A stretch of DNA of 64,000 nt from a virus (Duplodnaviria; Caudoviricetes): positions 1,107 to 65,106 of the IMG/VR virus record IMGVR_UViG_3300031852_000001, one strand, 5' to 3'. The translations under genes and the position numbers were made by a program. The notes beneath the pieces are model-generated. The model did no database searches. It saw only the letters and a program-made list of their open reading frames with translations, and was not told where the DNA came from. Every line of letters starts with the position of its first letter. The stretch's first letter is position 1. Positions 10,125 to 20,681 of the stretch are shown here, in pieces.

Positions 10125-13100
10125 ATGGCTAACCTGAGACTCGTTGGCGCTGTAGCAATCCGCGTCCGCCCGGACACCACCGGATTCCGTAAAGACACGC
10201 AGGACGATATTGACCAGGCACTCGGCAAGCGGGGCGAGAAGATTGAGTCCAAAGCCAAGGTAAAGGTGGACGTTGATGCGAACACCAAGCCCCTTGAAGC
10301 TAAGGTCACAAAGCTTTCCGAGGAACTGAAGAACAAGCAGATCCGGCTCAATGTCGGCGTCGATTACGACGGCGTAGCTAAGGCGAAAGAGCAGATCAAC
10401 CAGGCGCTCAAGTCCCTGGATAACAAGGTTCTCTCCTTTGAGATGAACCCGGAAAGCATCGCCTCTGCCAAGCGCGAACTGAAGAAGCTTGAGCAGAACG
10501 CCAAAGTCGAGATGAAGATCATTCGGGACGAGGCCGGCTTCAAGTCTGTCCTGAAAAAGATCCAGCAAATCCGCAACGAAAAGGGCATGACAAAGGTAGT
10601 CACCTTTGCCACCGATAAGGAGTCCCTGAAGAAAGCGGAGAAGGATGCCCTTGAAGGGCTCAAGCGCCTGGAGGCTCAGCGCACAGTCACCATTGGTTAC
10701 ACCAAGAACTATGACGGCCTACTCGCCGCTATCGGTGAAATCGATAAGCGCCTGGCCGACGTCCGCAAGCTGAAGATCGAAACCAAGCTGGACGATGCCA
10801 GCCTGGAGGCCACCAAGGCAAAGCTCCTGGAGCAGGCAAAGTCCGCCCCGGTGACGATCAAGTTCAACGAGGACAAAGAGGGCTACGAAAAGGTTCTCAC
10901 CCGGATCAAAGAAATCCAGAAGCAGCGGGCAGAAGTCGAAATCACGTTCGACACCGACGAGGCCACGCTTGCAGCTAAGACCCTGGAGATAAAGGAAAGC
11001 CTCAAGAAGCTCACCAACCTGGGCAGCGGTAACGACGCACTGTTCCGGATTGGTATCGAGGAAGCATCCCTCCTGGACGCCAAGCACAAGGCCGCAGAGC
11101 TGAAGAAGCAGATCGAGGAAACCAAGGCCAACATTGCCCTGGGCCTCACGGGCACCCTGCCCGTCCACGCGGAGCTGGCCTTCCTCGGCCGCGACCGCAT
11201 AGTCAACTACATTGCCCGCGTAAGCAACACGTCAGTTGCCGCAGCGGAAGGTGCCCTCAAGGGGCTTGGCGGCGTCAATATCCTAACTGGCTTTGGCAAC
11301 AACCTGGCCAGCATGATTACCAATTTCGACACCCTGGCACTGAAGGCTTCTACACTTGCAGTCGCGCTCGGCTCCCTGGCAAACACAGGCATCTACGCTG
11401 CCGGCTCCCTGGTCCGAATCGGGCAGGGCGTTGGTCAGAGCCTTGGCTTGCTGGCCGCAGCCCCGGCTGTACTGGGTGCAGCAACCATCGGCTACACGGT
11501 GTTTACCGCAGCGTTCAACAACTTCTTTGACAGCTTCAACAAGGATCCAGCAATCGCTGAAGCATCCCTCGCAAAGCTGCCGCCCCTGGCACGTAAGACA
11601 GTCGATTCCATCACTGGCCTTTACCGTGGCCTGGCGGATCCCATCCAGGAACGCTTTTGGGAGAAGGTGGGCACCACCCTTTCCACCGCCATCGAGAAGC
11701 TTTACCCCAACCTGAAAACCGGACTCATGCAGTCCACGGACGCGGTAGGTGAGTTCGTTGCTGGCTTCGGCCGCGCGATGACCAACCTCTCCCTGACAGG
11801 TGACTTTGACAAGATATTCGGCAACACTGCCAAGTTCTTTGAGAACCTGTCCGGAGCGTCGGAGCCCTTCTTCAACGGCTGGAACGCCTTCGGCGTCAAG
11901 GGCTCGGAACTACTCCCCCGGTTCGGTACCTACATCACTGACGCTGCAACGCGCTTTGAATCCTGGGCAAAGACTGCATCCGAAAGCGGGCAGATCATTG
12001 ACTGGATCGAGCATGGCGTCAACTCCTTCTCCAACATGGTCAAGGTGGGCGGCTCCGTTGGGGATATGTTCAAGGCCATCAACAGCGCTGCAGACATTGC
12101 CGGCTACGGCGGGCTCTCCCAATTCACCATCAACATGCGTGAAGCTGCAGACGAAATGCTGGGCGAACCCTGGCAGTCCCGCGCGGCCAATATCTTCGAG
12201 GGCGCACGCCTGGGAGCTGAGAAGCTGAGTGGCGGATTCCAGGATCTTACTGGCTCGCTTGGTGCATCCTCAGCCTGGCTCGGCACCGTGCTTACCCAGC
12301 TCGGCGGCATCGGCGGGGAAGGCCTCTCCCGGCTCTCGGATCTTCTCGGCCGGCAGACCTACCAGGACGGCGTAACCGCTGAGCTTGAAGGACTGCAGAC
12401 CCTTGTGGATAACCTCGGCCCCAGCTTCATGTCGCTTGGTGACATTATCGGCAACATGGGCCAAATCTCAGGCTCAGTCCTGGGATCCTTTGCTCCGGTC
12501 CTGAACCAAATCATGCAGGCCGTTGATCGGACCCTGACCACACTGACGGACAACCTGGTCAAAATTGCCCCCAAGGCAGTTGCCGCTTTCTCTGGCATGT
12601 TCGGCGCAATCGAGCCCCTGCTTGATGGACTGACATTTGCCCTAGATGGCATCCTCTCCGTGGTTGCCCTGGTACCAAACTCCTTCGTCACAGCCAGCGT
12701 TGCAGCGATGGCATTCTTCGGCCTCCGGGCCATGGCATCGAACTTCTTTGACACCCTCAGCCAGACCCCCAAGTTCAAGGAACTTGAGAACAACTGGATC
12801 GCCCAGCAGGTAGCAGCGGGTAACACTGTTGATAAGTACAAGATGGTCGATGGCGAGATGCGGAAATTCACCGTCCCGGCTGACAAGTTCAATGTCATGT
12901 CTGCAGGCTGGCAGACCATCGCCACTCAGGCAGGCACGTACGGGGATAAGCTCCGCGTCCTGAATGAGCAGATGCAGGTGGACGGCGCAAGTCGGTGGGC
13001 GCAAAACCTAAACACTGCCGGAACCATTGCCCGCGACGGCTTTGGTAAGGCACTGGGCGGACTCGTGTCCGCACTCGGTGGACCCTGGGGCATCGCTCTT

Positions 13101-15068
13101 GCTGGTGCCGCAATCGGCATCGGCATCTTCGCACAGAGCCAGGCGGACGCTAAGGCCCGCGTCGATGGGCTCACACAGGCCATCGATAAGCAGACCGGCG
13201 AAATGAACGAGCAAGGCTTAGCTCAGATCGCTAAGGAATGGACCGACATTGGCAAGGCTGGCGACAGCGTAGCCAACCTGACTCGCAACGCGAAAGCAGC
13301 CAACGAGACTGCAGCGGCACTCGGCCTGAGCGTAGCCGGCGTTACAAAGGCAATCGCCAACGGCGGACCTGAGTACGACAAACTGATTGGCCAGCTTGAC
13401 GGCATCTCGCAGGCAATGGACCTCCGCTCGGACTATGGCGGCTGGGACGCCGGCACGGCCAAGCTCAAGGAATTTGAGCAGCAGCTCGGCCTGGCTGACG
13501 GCTCGCTGACCAAGCTGAACGAGAAGGATATCAACCATCTCAAAGACAACATCGAGAAGGGCCGCGCTGAAGCAGCGCTAGCCAAGGCGGTGTTCGAGGG
13601 ACTAGCTGAAGCCACGGGAACCACCACGATCCAGGCGCAGCACATGGCTACAGCCATGCAGACCATTGGTGACAACTCCACCACCGCAGCAGCCAAGATC
13701 GGTGCCATCAACAAGGCTCTCGATTTGCTCAAGGGCGGGAAGCAGTCAGCCCGCGAGGCTGAAGTTGCAGCCCAGTCCACATTCCAGTCAGCAGTCCAGC
13801 AGGCAGCAGCTCTCAAGGAACAGCTCGCCGGCAACAATCACCTGATCGATCAGACAACCAAGCTGATTGATACCACCAACCCCGCAGGCCTGAAGCTCCA
13901 GCAGACGATGGCCGGCGCGGCGGACGGTATCAAGATCGCGGCCATGGCCGCGTACCAGGCAGCTAAGGATGCTGGCGCAGAGCCCGCAGAAGCAATGGCG
14001 GCGTCCAAGAAGGTTCTGGAATCCCATTCCGGTGACCTCCAGGCAATCGCTGACGCAGCGGGCGTAAACGTCCAGGATATCCAGGCTGAATGGGATGGAT
14101 TCTTTGGTAAGGAATGGGAGCTGAAGGCGGTCTTTTCCGCATCGGCTGTCCAGGTCCAGCAGGCTAAAGAGCTGGTTGAGGGCATGGGGCTTGAGTGGAA
14201 TGAGAGCGTCTTTGAGGCTCTGCTGAAAGCTCACCCGGACCCGGCCAAGCTGTCGGTTGATGAGGTCAAAGCATGGGCTCAGAACTACGCCAACGGCGCC
14301 TACGAGGCCCAGCTAAAGGCCATGAACCCTGAAGCCCTGGCCAGGATCCTAGAGGCCACAGGCCTCGCTCAGAGCTACAAGGACGGCAACTACACGGGCG
14401 TCATGAAGGCACTCAATGCCACGACTGACGGCGTGTCTGCCGCATGGCAGGCGCTCATGGGAGTGGTTGGTGGTCCTAGTGGTGCTGGTTGGGCAGCAGC
14501 GATGAAGGCATACCTTGACGCTGTATCCAAGGCCAACACTGAGGCTGCACTGAACCAGCTCGCACGCACGCGCGAAATGAACATTGCCGTGAACTACACG
14601 TCACTGAACAGCCCTCGCCCAGCCATGATCGATGGCAACTACAACGGCTCCCTCACCGGCAGCAAGTTCCGCCCCCAGCCAATGCAGTTCTTCGCTGACG
14701 GCGGGTTCTCTGGACTCGATTTCGTGAAGCCTGGTGGTGCCAAAATCTACGCACCTTCCACCACATGGAAGGTTTTTGCGGAAGAAACCACAGGCGGGGA
14801 GGCCTTTATCCCCCTCGCCGCCTCCAAACGCGATAGGTCCACTCAGATTCTTGCTGAAGTCGCACAGCGGTTCGGCTACAAGCTGAGCAAGGCCACGGCC
14901 TTTGAGGACGGTGGGATCACCATCGGCGGCAACTCGCGGGCGACTGGACTGAACGTCCACATCGACACATTCAACCAGAACGCGCAAGACACCATTGAGG
15001 ACGTCGGGCGCGGCATTATGCGCCAGGTCCGCAACGCGGGCGTGGTGGGAATCTTGGACGGCATCTAA
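10125..15068 (+). CDS. Tape measure protein
   Basis: 1647 aa, Ala/Gly-rich helical; AVAIRVRPDT N-terminus; FAEETTGGEAFIPL C-terminal motif. Confidence 0.95.
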   Translation: MANLRLVGAVAIRVRPDTTGFRKDTQDDIDQALGKRGEKIESKAKVKVDVDANTKPLEAKVTKLSEELKNKQIRLNVGVDYDGVAKAKEQINQALKSLDNKVLSFEMNPESIASAKRELKKLEQNAKVEMKIIRDEAGFKSVLKKIQQIRNEKGMTKVVTFATDKESLKKAEKDALEGLKRLEAQRTVTIGYTKNYDGLLAAIGEIDKRLADVRKLKIETKLDDASLEATKAKLLEQAKSAPVTIKFNEDKEGYEKVLTRIKEIQKQRAEVEITFDTDEATLAAKTLEIKESLKKLTNLGSGNDALFRIGIEEASLLDAKHKAAELKKQIEETKANIALGLTGTLPVHAELAFLGRDRIVNYIARVSNTSVAAAEGALKGLGGVNILTGFGNNLASMITNFDTLALKASTLAVALGSLANTGIYAAGSLVRIGQGVGQSLGLLAAAPAVLGAATIGYTVFTAAFNNFFDSFNKDPAIAEASLAKLPPLARKTVDSITGLYRGLADPIQERFWEKVGTTLSTAIEKLYPNLKTGLMQSTDAVGEFVAGFGRAMTNLSLTGDFDKIFGNTAKFFENLSGASEPFFNGWNAFGVKGSELLPRFGTYITDAATRFESWAKTASESGQIIDWIEHGVNSFSNMVKVGGSVGDMFKAINSAADIAGYGGLSQFTINMREAADEMLGEPWQSRAANIFEGARLGAEKLSGGFQDLTGSLGASSAWLGTVLTQLGGIGGEGLSRLSDLLGRQTYQDGVTAELEGLQTLVDNLGPSFMSLGDIIGNMGQISGSVLGSFAPVLNQIMQAVDRTLTTLTDNLVKIAPKAVAAFSGMFGAIEPLLDGLTFALDGILSVVALVPNSFVTASVAAMAFFGLRAMASNFFDTLSQTPKFKELENNWIAQQVAAGNTVDKYKMVDGEMRKFTVPADKFNVMSAGWQTIATQAGTYGDKLRVLNEQMQVDGASRWAQNLNTAGTIARDGFGKALGGLVSALGGPWGIALAGAAIGIGIFAQSQADAKARVDGLTQAIDKQTGEMNEQGLAQIAKEWTDIGKAGDSVANLTRNAKAANETAAALGLSVAGVTKAIANGGPEYDKLIGQLDGISQAMDLRSDYGGWDAGTAKLKEFEQQLGLADGSLTKLNEKDINHLKDNIEKGRAEAALAKAVFEGLAEATGTTTIQAQHMATAMQTIGDNSTTAAAKIGAINKALDLLKGGKQSAREAEVAAQSTFQSAVQQAAALKEQLAGNNHLIDQTTKLIDTTNPAGLKLQQTMAGAADGIKIAAMAAYQAAKDAGAEPAEAMAASKKVLESHSGDLQAIADAAGVNVQDIQAEWDGFFGKEWELKAVFSASAVQVQQAKELVEGMGLEWNESVFEALLKAHPDPAKLSVDEVKAWAQNYANGAYEAQLKAMNPEALARILEATGLAQSYKDGNYTGVMKALNATTDGVSAAWQALMGVVGGPSGAGWAAAMKAYLDAVSKANTEAALNQLARTREMNIAVNYTSLNSPRPAMIDGNYNGSLTGSKFRPQPMQFFADGGFSGLDFVKPGGAKIYAPSTTWKVFAEETTGGEAFIPLAASKRDRSTQILAEVAQRFGYKLSKATAFEDGGITIGGNSRATGLNVHIDTFNQNAQDTIEDVGRGIMRQVRNAGVVGILDGI

Positions 15069-15920
15069 TTGAGAATCGAGTTCAATGGGCTTGACCTGGC
15101 AGACGAAAATCTGTTCAACGTAACAAGCATCGACGGGCTGGATTCCCTTCCGGATCTGACAATCGGCATGGCCCCTAAGCCGCGACGGCATGGTTCGTGG
15201 CTTGGGGGCAAGCTGGCCCAAAAGCGGGTCATTGCGATAAACCTGCAGATCCTCGGGGATCCGGACGACGGCTACCGAACCACCAACGCAAAGAACAAGC
15301 TGGTCAACGCACTGCAGATCCAGGACGTAGAGCAGCCCCTTGTCTTTGAGCTTGACTACGGGGACCAGCCGGTCATGGTGTACGCATCGGTCACGGCGCT
15401 GGACCTGCCCATTAGGCAGGACTACGGCCGGATCCGCGAGGCCATTATTGAGTTCACCTGCACCGACCCAATGCGGTACTCCGCTGAGGCAAGGCAGGGG
15501 CAGGCAAGGCCCCCCTCAGATCCTCCCGCTGTGGAGTACGGCTTCAACTATGGAGTCCAGTACAGCGACGAGGAAGGGGCCACCAACGCCTTTACCGCCA
15601 ACAACGCGGGCAACTCCAACGCAGCAGCAATCTACACGGTGCGCGGGCCGATCAGCCGGCCATCGATCACGCTGCTGGACGGGCAGGGGTCACGAGCTAC
15701 CACGTTCAACCTGACCCTCACGGAATCCCAGGAGCTACGGGTGAGCACATCAGCCAACCGCGTCCTGGTGAACGGCTCGGATGCCTTCGGCTCAGCGAGT
15801 GGCGCACTCGTGGCAGACCTTGTGCTGAGGCCTGGGGAAACCATCATCTCCTTTGGTGGCGTGGTGCCGTCCGGTGCCAGCCCCACGCTCAGCGTCTCCT
15901 GGCGAGACGCATCCCGCTAA
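15069..15920 (+). CDS. Distal tail (Dit-like) minor tail protein
   Basis: Follows TMP; IEFTCTDPMRYS motif. Confidence 0.75.
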   Translation: MRIEFNGLDLADENLFNVTSIDGLDSLPDLTIGMAPKPRRHGSWLGGKLAQKRVIAINLQILGDPDDGYRTTNAKNKLVNALQIQDVEQPLVFELDYGDQPVMVYASVTALDLPIRQDYGRIREAIIEFTCTDPMRYSAEARQGQARPPSDPPAVEYGFNYGVQYSDEEGATNAFTANNAGNSNAAAIYTVRGPISRPSITLLDGQGSRATTFNLTLTESQELRVSTSANRVLVNGSDAFGSASGALVADLVLRPGETIISFGGVVPSGASPTLSVSWRDASR

Positions 15921-15932
15921 CCACACAACCAT

Positions 15933-15962
15933 GAGAGGCCCTGGCTAACGCTGGGGCCTCTC
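15933..15962 (+). terminator. Hairpin upstream of minor tail gene RBS
   Basis: GAGAGGCCCTGGC-TAAC-GCTGGGGCCTCTC. Confidence 0.6.
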
Positions 15963-15975
15963 CTGTTAGGAACAC

Positions 15976-16884
15976 ATGACCATCTACACCACAGGGGCAG
16001 GCACTCTCCCCGCGATTGCAGAGCGCAACCGCAACTCAATGATGCTTCAGGCTGGCAAGCGCGACACTAACCCGCTGTTTGTTTGGGATGGGGTCCACTC
16101 CGGTCTATATATCGAAAAGACAACCGGCATGGGCTTTGTGATCGGTGCCGGCCGCGCAGCAATCAATGGCGCATCTTCCGCTGAAGGTACTTTCACCGTA
16201 GTACTGACCGGCGATGAGCCCGGAACCTTTGAGCCCAACGATACGGCGGCAGACCGCCGCGACCTGGTTACCCTCAAGGCCTACCCCGGCAACCCTTCCG
16301 AGACTGGCGCAAAGGTGGAGGTAGTCAAGGGTGTACCTGGCGGCACCGACTGGCCAGTCGCACCCGCAGGCTCCATCCCCCTATACGGCGTCATCATCGG
16401 CGCTGGCATGAGCGCAGCAAACGGCGGCTGGAACCGCGCATGGACAACCGATCTTCGCAAGGACATTGGCATCCCTGAGTTTGAGGCATACACGCCGACA
16501 TTCGGCGGCTTCACTAGCCTTGGCACTGGCGCTGTCCGTGAAGGACGTTACCGCGTGGACGGTGACAAGGTGACCGTATTCGCCCGCCTCCGGGGTGGAG
16601 CTGGTGCCAGCATGGGCACCAACAACCAACTCTACTTCTCGCTGCCTATCCCCACTGAGGGATTCTTCGTGTACGGCGGACTCGGCAACCTGCACCACCC
16701 CAACGTTTCCGGCCTGGCATACTCGCTCCGCTTGCTGAGCGTCGGACCCAACGCTGCCATTTGGGCAGAGAAGAATGATGGCTCATCCCTTGGTGCCCTG
16801 GTTCAGCCGGGGCAGGTTGGCTACCCGTTCGGTGAAGGCACTGAACTGTTTCTCTCGCTTGAGTACTACACCAAGGTTCTCTAA
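15976..16884 (+). CDS. Minor tail protein
   Basis: GRAAING, RRDLV motifs; YTPTF...GRYRVDG C-terminal domain. Confidence 0.7.
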   Translation: MTIYTTGAGTLPAIAERNRNSMMLQAGKRDTNPLFVWDGVHSGLYIEKTTGMGFVIGAGRAAINGASSAEGTFTVVLTGDEPGTFEPNDTAADRRDLVTLKAYPGNPSETGAKVEVVKGVPGGTDWPVAPAGSIPLYGVIIGAGMSAANGGWNRAWTTDLRKDIGIPEFEAYTPTFGGFTSLGTGAVREGRYRVDGDKVTVFARLRGGAGASMGTNNQLYFSLPIPTEGFFVYGGLGNLHHPNVSGLAYSLRLLSVGPNAAIWAEKNDGSSLGALVQPGQVGYPFGEGTELFLSLEYYTKVL

Positions 16885-18083
16885 TGGCCCGGCCCTCATG
16901 GAGGGTTACGTTCGCCCTGACAGAGAACGACGCCACCGTTGCTGACTTTGACTGTGAAATCTCCCAGCTCTCCCGCTATGTCTCCCCCAAGGTTGGGGCG
17001 CTGCAGATTCAGATCCCCATCCCAAACGCCGACGTCGGACGGGATGCCTACCGCATCCTGAACGGCTCCGGTCGAATGTCGATGTACGTCTACCGGGACA
17101 ATGAAATTTGGTGGGGCGGCTTCATGGATGACGCCGTAGTCAATGGCTCCGGGGATTACCCGGTGCTCAACGTCTCGGGAGCAACCTTTGAGTCATACCC
17201 GGACAGGCGTGAGGCACGCGACGACGAGAACCTGAGCATGGAGCAGACCCACTTTGCCAAGTGGGCATGGGACTACATGCAGAGCAAGCGCGGCGGGAAC
17301 ATTCTCGTTGACACCCCCACCCCCCCAGCCTCCGGAAAGAACCGTGAGTTTGAGGTCAAGCGCTCCGATATCAAGACGGTTGGTTCCGTACTCAAGGAAG
17401 TAAGTAACCGCGCAGACGGCTTTGAGTGGATCATCGAAACATTCAACGATGACACCGGCATGCGGCGGCGGCAGCTCACCACGGGCTACCCCACCATCGG
17501 CCGGCCGGATAGCGGGATCACACTCACCTTCCCTGGCGACGTCATCAACTACGAGATACAGACGTCAGCCCTGGATGGAGCAACCAGCTTCCAGGCACGA
17601 GGCAAAGCCCCGGATCCGGTGGGCAGTCCCGGCAAGCCTGGCAACACTGACGGCTCTGGCGGTGGGGGTACGGCGGCTGAGAAGCAGCCCCCCATCATGA
17701 GTGAGATTTTCGTCAACGAGGATCTGCTAACCCAGGGCTACACGCTCACAGATACAACCATCGACCGCCCAACGGTCACTGAGGTTTCCACCTTGGATGA
17801 ATGGGCAAAGCTGGCCCGCGAACTTCGCAGCGGCCCGCTCACCCTCCCGAACGTTACTTGCCGGATCGACAACTTTACCCAATCAATCCTTGGCTCCGTC
17901 GTGACACTTCGGATCAACGACTACCTCTGGCCACTCGGCCCCAATGGCGAGCCCGGTTACTCAACCAATGCTCGCGTAATCGGCTACGAGGTAGACCCCG
18001 GCGAGTTCGGAGCTGACGATATCGTGCAGCTCATTTTCGAGGACAACGCAGACAAGGACAACCTCAAGAGGAGCCCCGACTAA
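16884..18083 (+). CDS. Minor tail protein (baseplate hub, Gp37-like)
   Basis: IWWGG, LSNRADGFEW-like, FPGDVINY motifs. Confidence 0.7.
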   Translation: MARPSWRVTFALTENDATVADFDCEISQLSRYVSPKVGALQIQIPIPNADVGRDAYRILNGSGRMSMYVYRDNEIWWGGFMDDAVVNGSGDYPVLNVSGATFESYPDRREARDDENLSMEQTHFAKWAWDYMQSKRGGNILVDTPTPPASGKNREFEVKRSDIKTVGSVLKEVSNRADGFEWIIETFNDDTGMRRRQLTTGYPTIGRPDSGITLTFPGDVINYEIQTSALDGATSFQARGKAPDPVGSPGKPGNTDGSGGGGTAAEKQPPIMSEIFVNEDLLTQGYTLTDTTIDRPTVTEVSTLDEWAKLARELRSGPLTLPNVTCRIDNFTQSILGSVVTLRINDYLWPLGPNGEPGYSTNARVIGYEVDPGEFGADDIVQLIFEDNADKDNLKRSPD

Positions 18084-18086
18084 ACC

Positions 18087-18806
18087 ATGGCACGTTTTCC
18101 TCGCACCCTTGCCGACGCACTGGCGGCACAGGCTGAGGCAGGACGGTCCACACGAACTGAAGCGCTCAGCGTGGATGGCCTTGCCCCAATCAGCCTGGGG
18201 AATTTGAACGAGGATCTGAAAAACAACCTCGACACGCTGAACACCGACCTGGAACAGGCCACGCTCGACCTTGTTGGGGTGGGCCAAAAGCTCACCGAAC
18301 TTGATGGCAGTCTCATCGCCCTAGATGGCGACATGACCCAGGCCAAGCAGGATCTTACTGGCCTAAGCACTGAACTGACCGGCATTGATGGGACCATCAC
18401 GGACCTCATTGCCGACATGGAAATAGCCCAGTCAAACCAGGCCTTGTTTCAGACCAACCTTGATGGGCTCAACGGCGACCTGGCCACCCTGGACACAGCC
18501 CTTACGGGCCATGGCCAGCAGCTCACAGAGCTGGACGCGAGTCTCACTGCAAACTCGCAAGAGCTGTCACAGCTTCAAGCCAACGTGGCCGGCGTGGACG
18601 ACAAGATTGCCCAGGCAATCGATGACGCGAACGCGCAGCCGATCACATCAGATCGGTTCACTGAGGACTCCCTGTCCATCTGGCCCTTTATCCAAGGCAC
18701 CATCCCCCACGGCGCACTGTCACCCGGAGCTGTCAGCTCCAACGACCTTGCCGACTTTGTTATCACGGCGCGGAAGTTCAACGACGACCGCCACCGCATC
18801 TACTAA
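18087..18806 (+). CDS. Coiled-coil minor tail / fibre stalk protein
   Basis: Heptad Leu/Asp repeats; ends ARKFNDDRHRIY. Confidence 0.6.
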   Translation: MARFPRTLADALAAQAEAGRSTRTEALSVDGLAPISLGNLNEDLKNNLDTLNTDLEQATLDLVGVGQKLTELDGSLIALDGDMTQAKQDLTGLSTELTGIDGTITDLIADMEIAQSNQALFQTNLDGLNGDLATLDTALTGHGQQLTELDASLTANSQELSQLQANVAGVDDKIAQAIDDANAQPITSDRFTEDSLSIWPFIQGTIPHGALSPGAVSSNDLADFVITARKFNDDRHRIY

Positions 18807-18826
18807 TTCCCGTCCCAGGAGGACAC

Positions 18827-19975
18827 ATGACCAAGCCCACTGCCGCCGAAAAGCTTGACGCTCGTATTGAAGCGATCATCAAGGAAAAGTTTGACCACTA
18901 CCTCACTGACCTCTCCTTCCGCATCGGCCAGGCCTATGACCTGATCGAGCGCGTAGGCGCTGGAGTCACTGCCACAGGCAAGGTCTACGCCGAAGATTTG
19001 AACCTGCCTGGCAAGGCAATCATGACCGGCTATACAACCACCCCCAATTCACCGGCCGCAGGATCCTTCGCCTGGGCAGATTTGCACATCGTATATGAAG
19101 GCACTGACTACCCGATCACTAACGGCAACACTGCCAACAAGTACGTATGGTGGAGCAAGACCACTACCAACACCGTCCTCCAGTCTGGCCCCACAAAGCC
19201 TGTTCTGAATGCCGCTGCTGGTGAAGTCCTGCTGTTCGTCAACAACGGCGGTACGCCGCTGGTCATGCTCTCCGACACCAACGCATCCATGCCGGCAGTT
19301 CTGCGCGATGGCGCTGTGGACTCGGGGGCCATCCTTGCGAACGCCGTGGGCTCCCTGGCCATCGCGGACAACGCCGTCACCGGCACGCAGCTTGCGGCCA
19401 ACGCGGTTGGCTCTGCCAACCTGGCTGACGGCGCAGTGGTCCGCGCAACGCAGCTCGCAGCGAATGTTGTGGGCGCGACTCAGCTTGCCGACAACGCTGT
19501 GGACACCGCAGCTCTTGGCGCTAACGCGGTAACCAACCTGAAGATCGCTGATGGCGCTGTGAACCGCACCGCCCAGCTCTCCGGTGCCATCGTGGCCACG
19601 GGCAACATCGTTGCCAACGCTGTCGATTCCACCAAGCTTGCCGATGGCGCTGTGGCAACAACCGCAAAGCTCGCCGCGAACGTTGTGGACGGCACCAAGA
19701 TTGCGGACGGTTCTATCCTCCGCACAGGCCAGCTCGCCGCAAACGTCGTGACTACGACCGCCATTGCGGACAACGCCGTGACAACCACGGAACTGAACGC
19801 TAACGCCGTGACCAGCACAAAGCTGGCCGACAACGCGATTGTCCGCACGGGGCAGCTCGGAACCAACGTGGTTTCCACCGCAGCCATTGCACCTAACGCG
19901 GTCACCACTTCCGAGATTCTGAACGGCGCTATCTCGCCCACCAAGCTCAACATCATGCGCCACATCATCTGGTAA
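18827..19975 (+). CDS. Tail fibre protein with about 10-aa LAANAV/LADGAV repeats
   Basis: Repeat array; ends PTKLNIMRHIIW. Confidence 0.7.
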   Translation: MTKPTAAEKLDARIEAIIKEKFDHYLTDLSFRIGQAYDLIERVGAGVTATGKVYAEDLNLPGKAIMTGYTTTPNSPAAGSFAWADLHIVYEGTDYPITNGNTANKYVWWSKTTTNTVLQSGPTKPVLNAAAGEVLLFVNNGGTPLVMLSDTNASMPAVLRDGAVDSGAILANAVGSLAIADNAVTGTQLAANAVGSANLADGAVVRATQLAANVVGATQLADNAVDTAALGANAVTNLKIADGAVNRTAQLSGAIVATGNIVANAVDSTKLADGAVATTAKLAANVVDGTKIADGSILRTGQLAANVVTTTAIADNAVTTTELNANAVTSTKLADNAIVRTGQLGTNVVSTAAIAPNAVTTSEILNGAISPTKLNIMRHIIW

Positions 19976-20000
19976 TCCAACAACCTAAAGGTCCGCAACC

Positions 20001-20675
20001 ATGAAGGTACTTCTCGCTACCCCCGCGTATGGGGGACAGGTCACTGAGGCCTACTTGCAATCCATCCTTGCCCTGGTTCATGCCAGCTATGCACGGGGGA
20101 TACAGATTGACGTAATGACCCTCACAAACGAGTCCCTGATAACCAGGGCTCGTAACGAGATTGTGGCTACTTTCATGGGTGGCGACTGGACGGATCTGCT
20201 CTGGGTTGATGCTGACATTAGCTTCAGCCCGGAGCACGTCTGGCGCTTGCTCGATGCACCGCACGACGTGTGCGCCACACCCTATGCAATGAAGGGACTT
20301 GACTGGGACAGCGCAGCCCTGGCGCAGGACGCGGCCACCGCTCGCGCAGCAGCCATCATGTCCGTTGTTAACTTCATCCCAGGCGTCCAAGTGCAGGACG
20401 GGTTTGCCCCCGTCCTTGACGCTGGCACTGGCTTTATGCGAATCAAGCGCTCCGTTCTGGAGAAGCTGATCGCCGCCCACCCGGAGGTTGAGTACCGATC
20501 CGAGAAGGACGGGAAAACCCGGTGGGCCATCTTCGACTGCATCATTCACGACGGCCGCTATCTCAGCGAGGACTATACATTCTGCCGACGCTGGCAAGCC
20601 CTTGGAGGGCAGGTATGGGTCGATGTTGCATCCCCAAACCTTGGCCACCAGGGCTCCTACACTTTCGGAAAGTAA
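20001..20675 (+). CDS. GT-A fold glycosyltransferase
   Basis: ATPAY, SLITRARN, WVDAD (DxD), GTGFM, SEDYTFCRR, HQG motifs. Confidence 0.85.
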   Translation: MKVLLATPAYGGQVTEAYLQSILALVHASYARGIQIDVMTLTNESLITRARNEIVATFMGGDWTDLLWVDADISFSPEHVWRLLDAPHDVCATPYAMKGLDWDSAALAQDAATARAAAIMSVVNFIPGVQVQDGFAPVLDAGTGFMRIKRSVLEKLIAAHPEVEYRSEKDGKTRWAIFDCIIHDGRYLSEDYTFCRRWQALGGQVWVDVASPNLGHQGSYTFGK

Positions 20676-20681
20676 CCTCAC

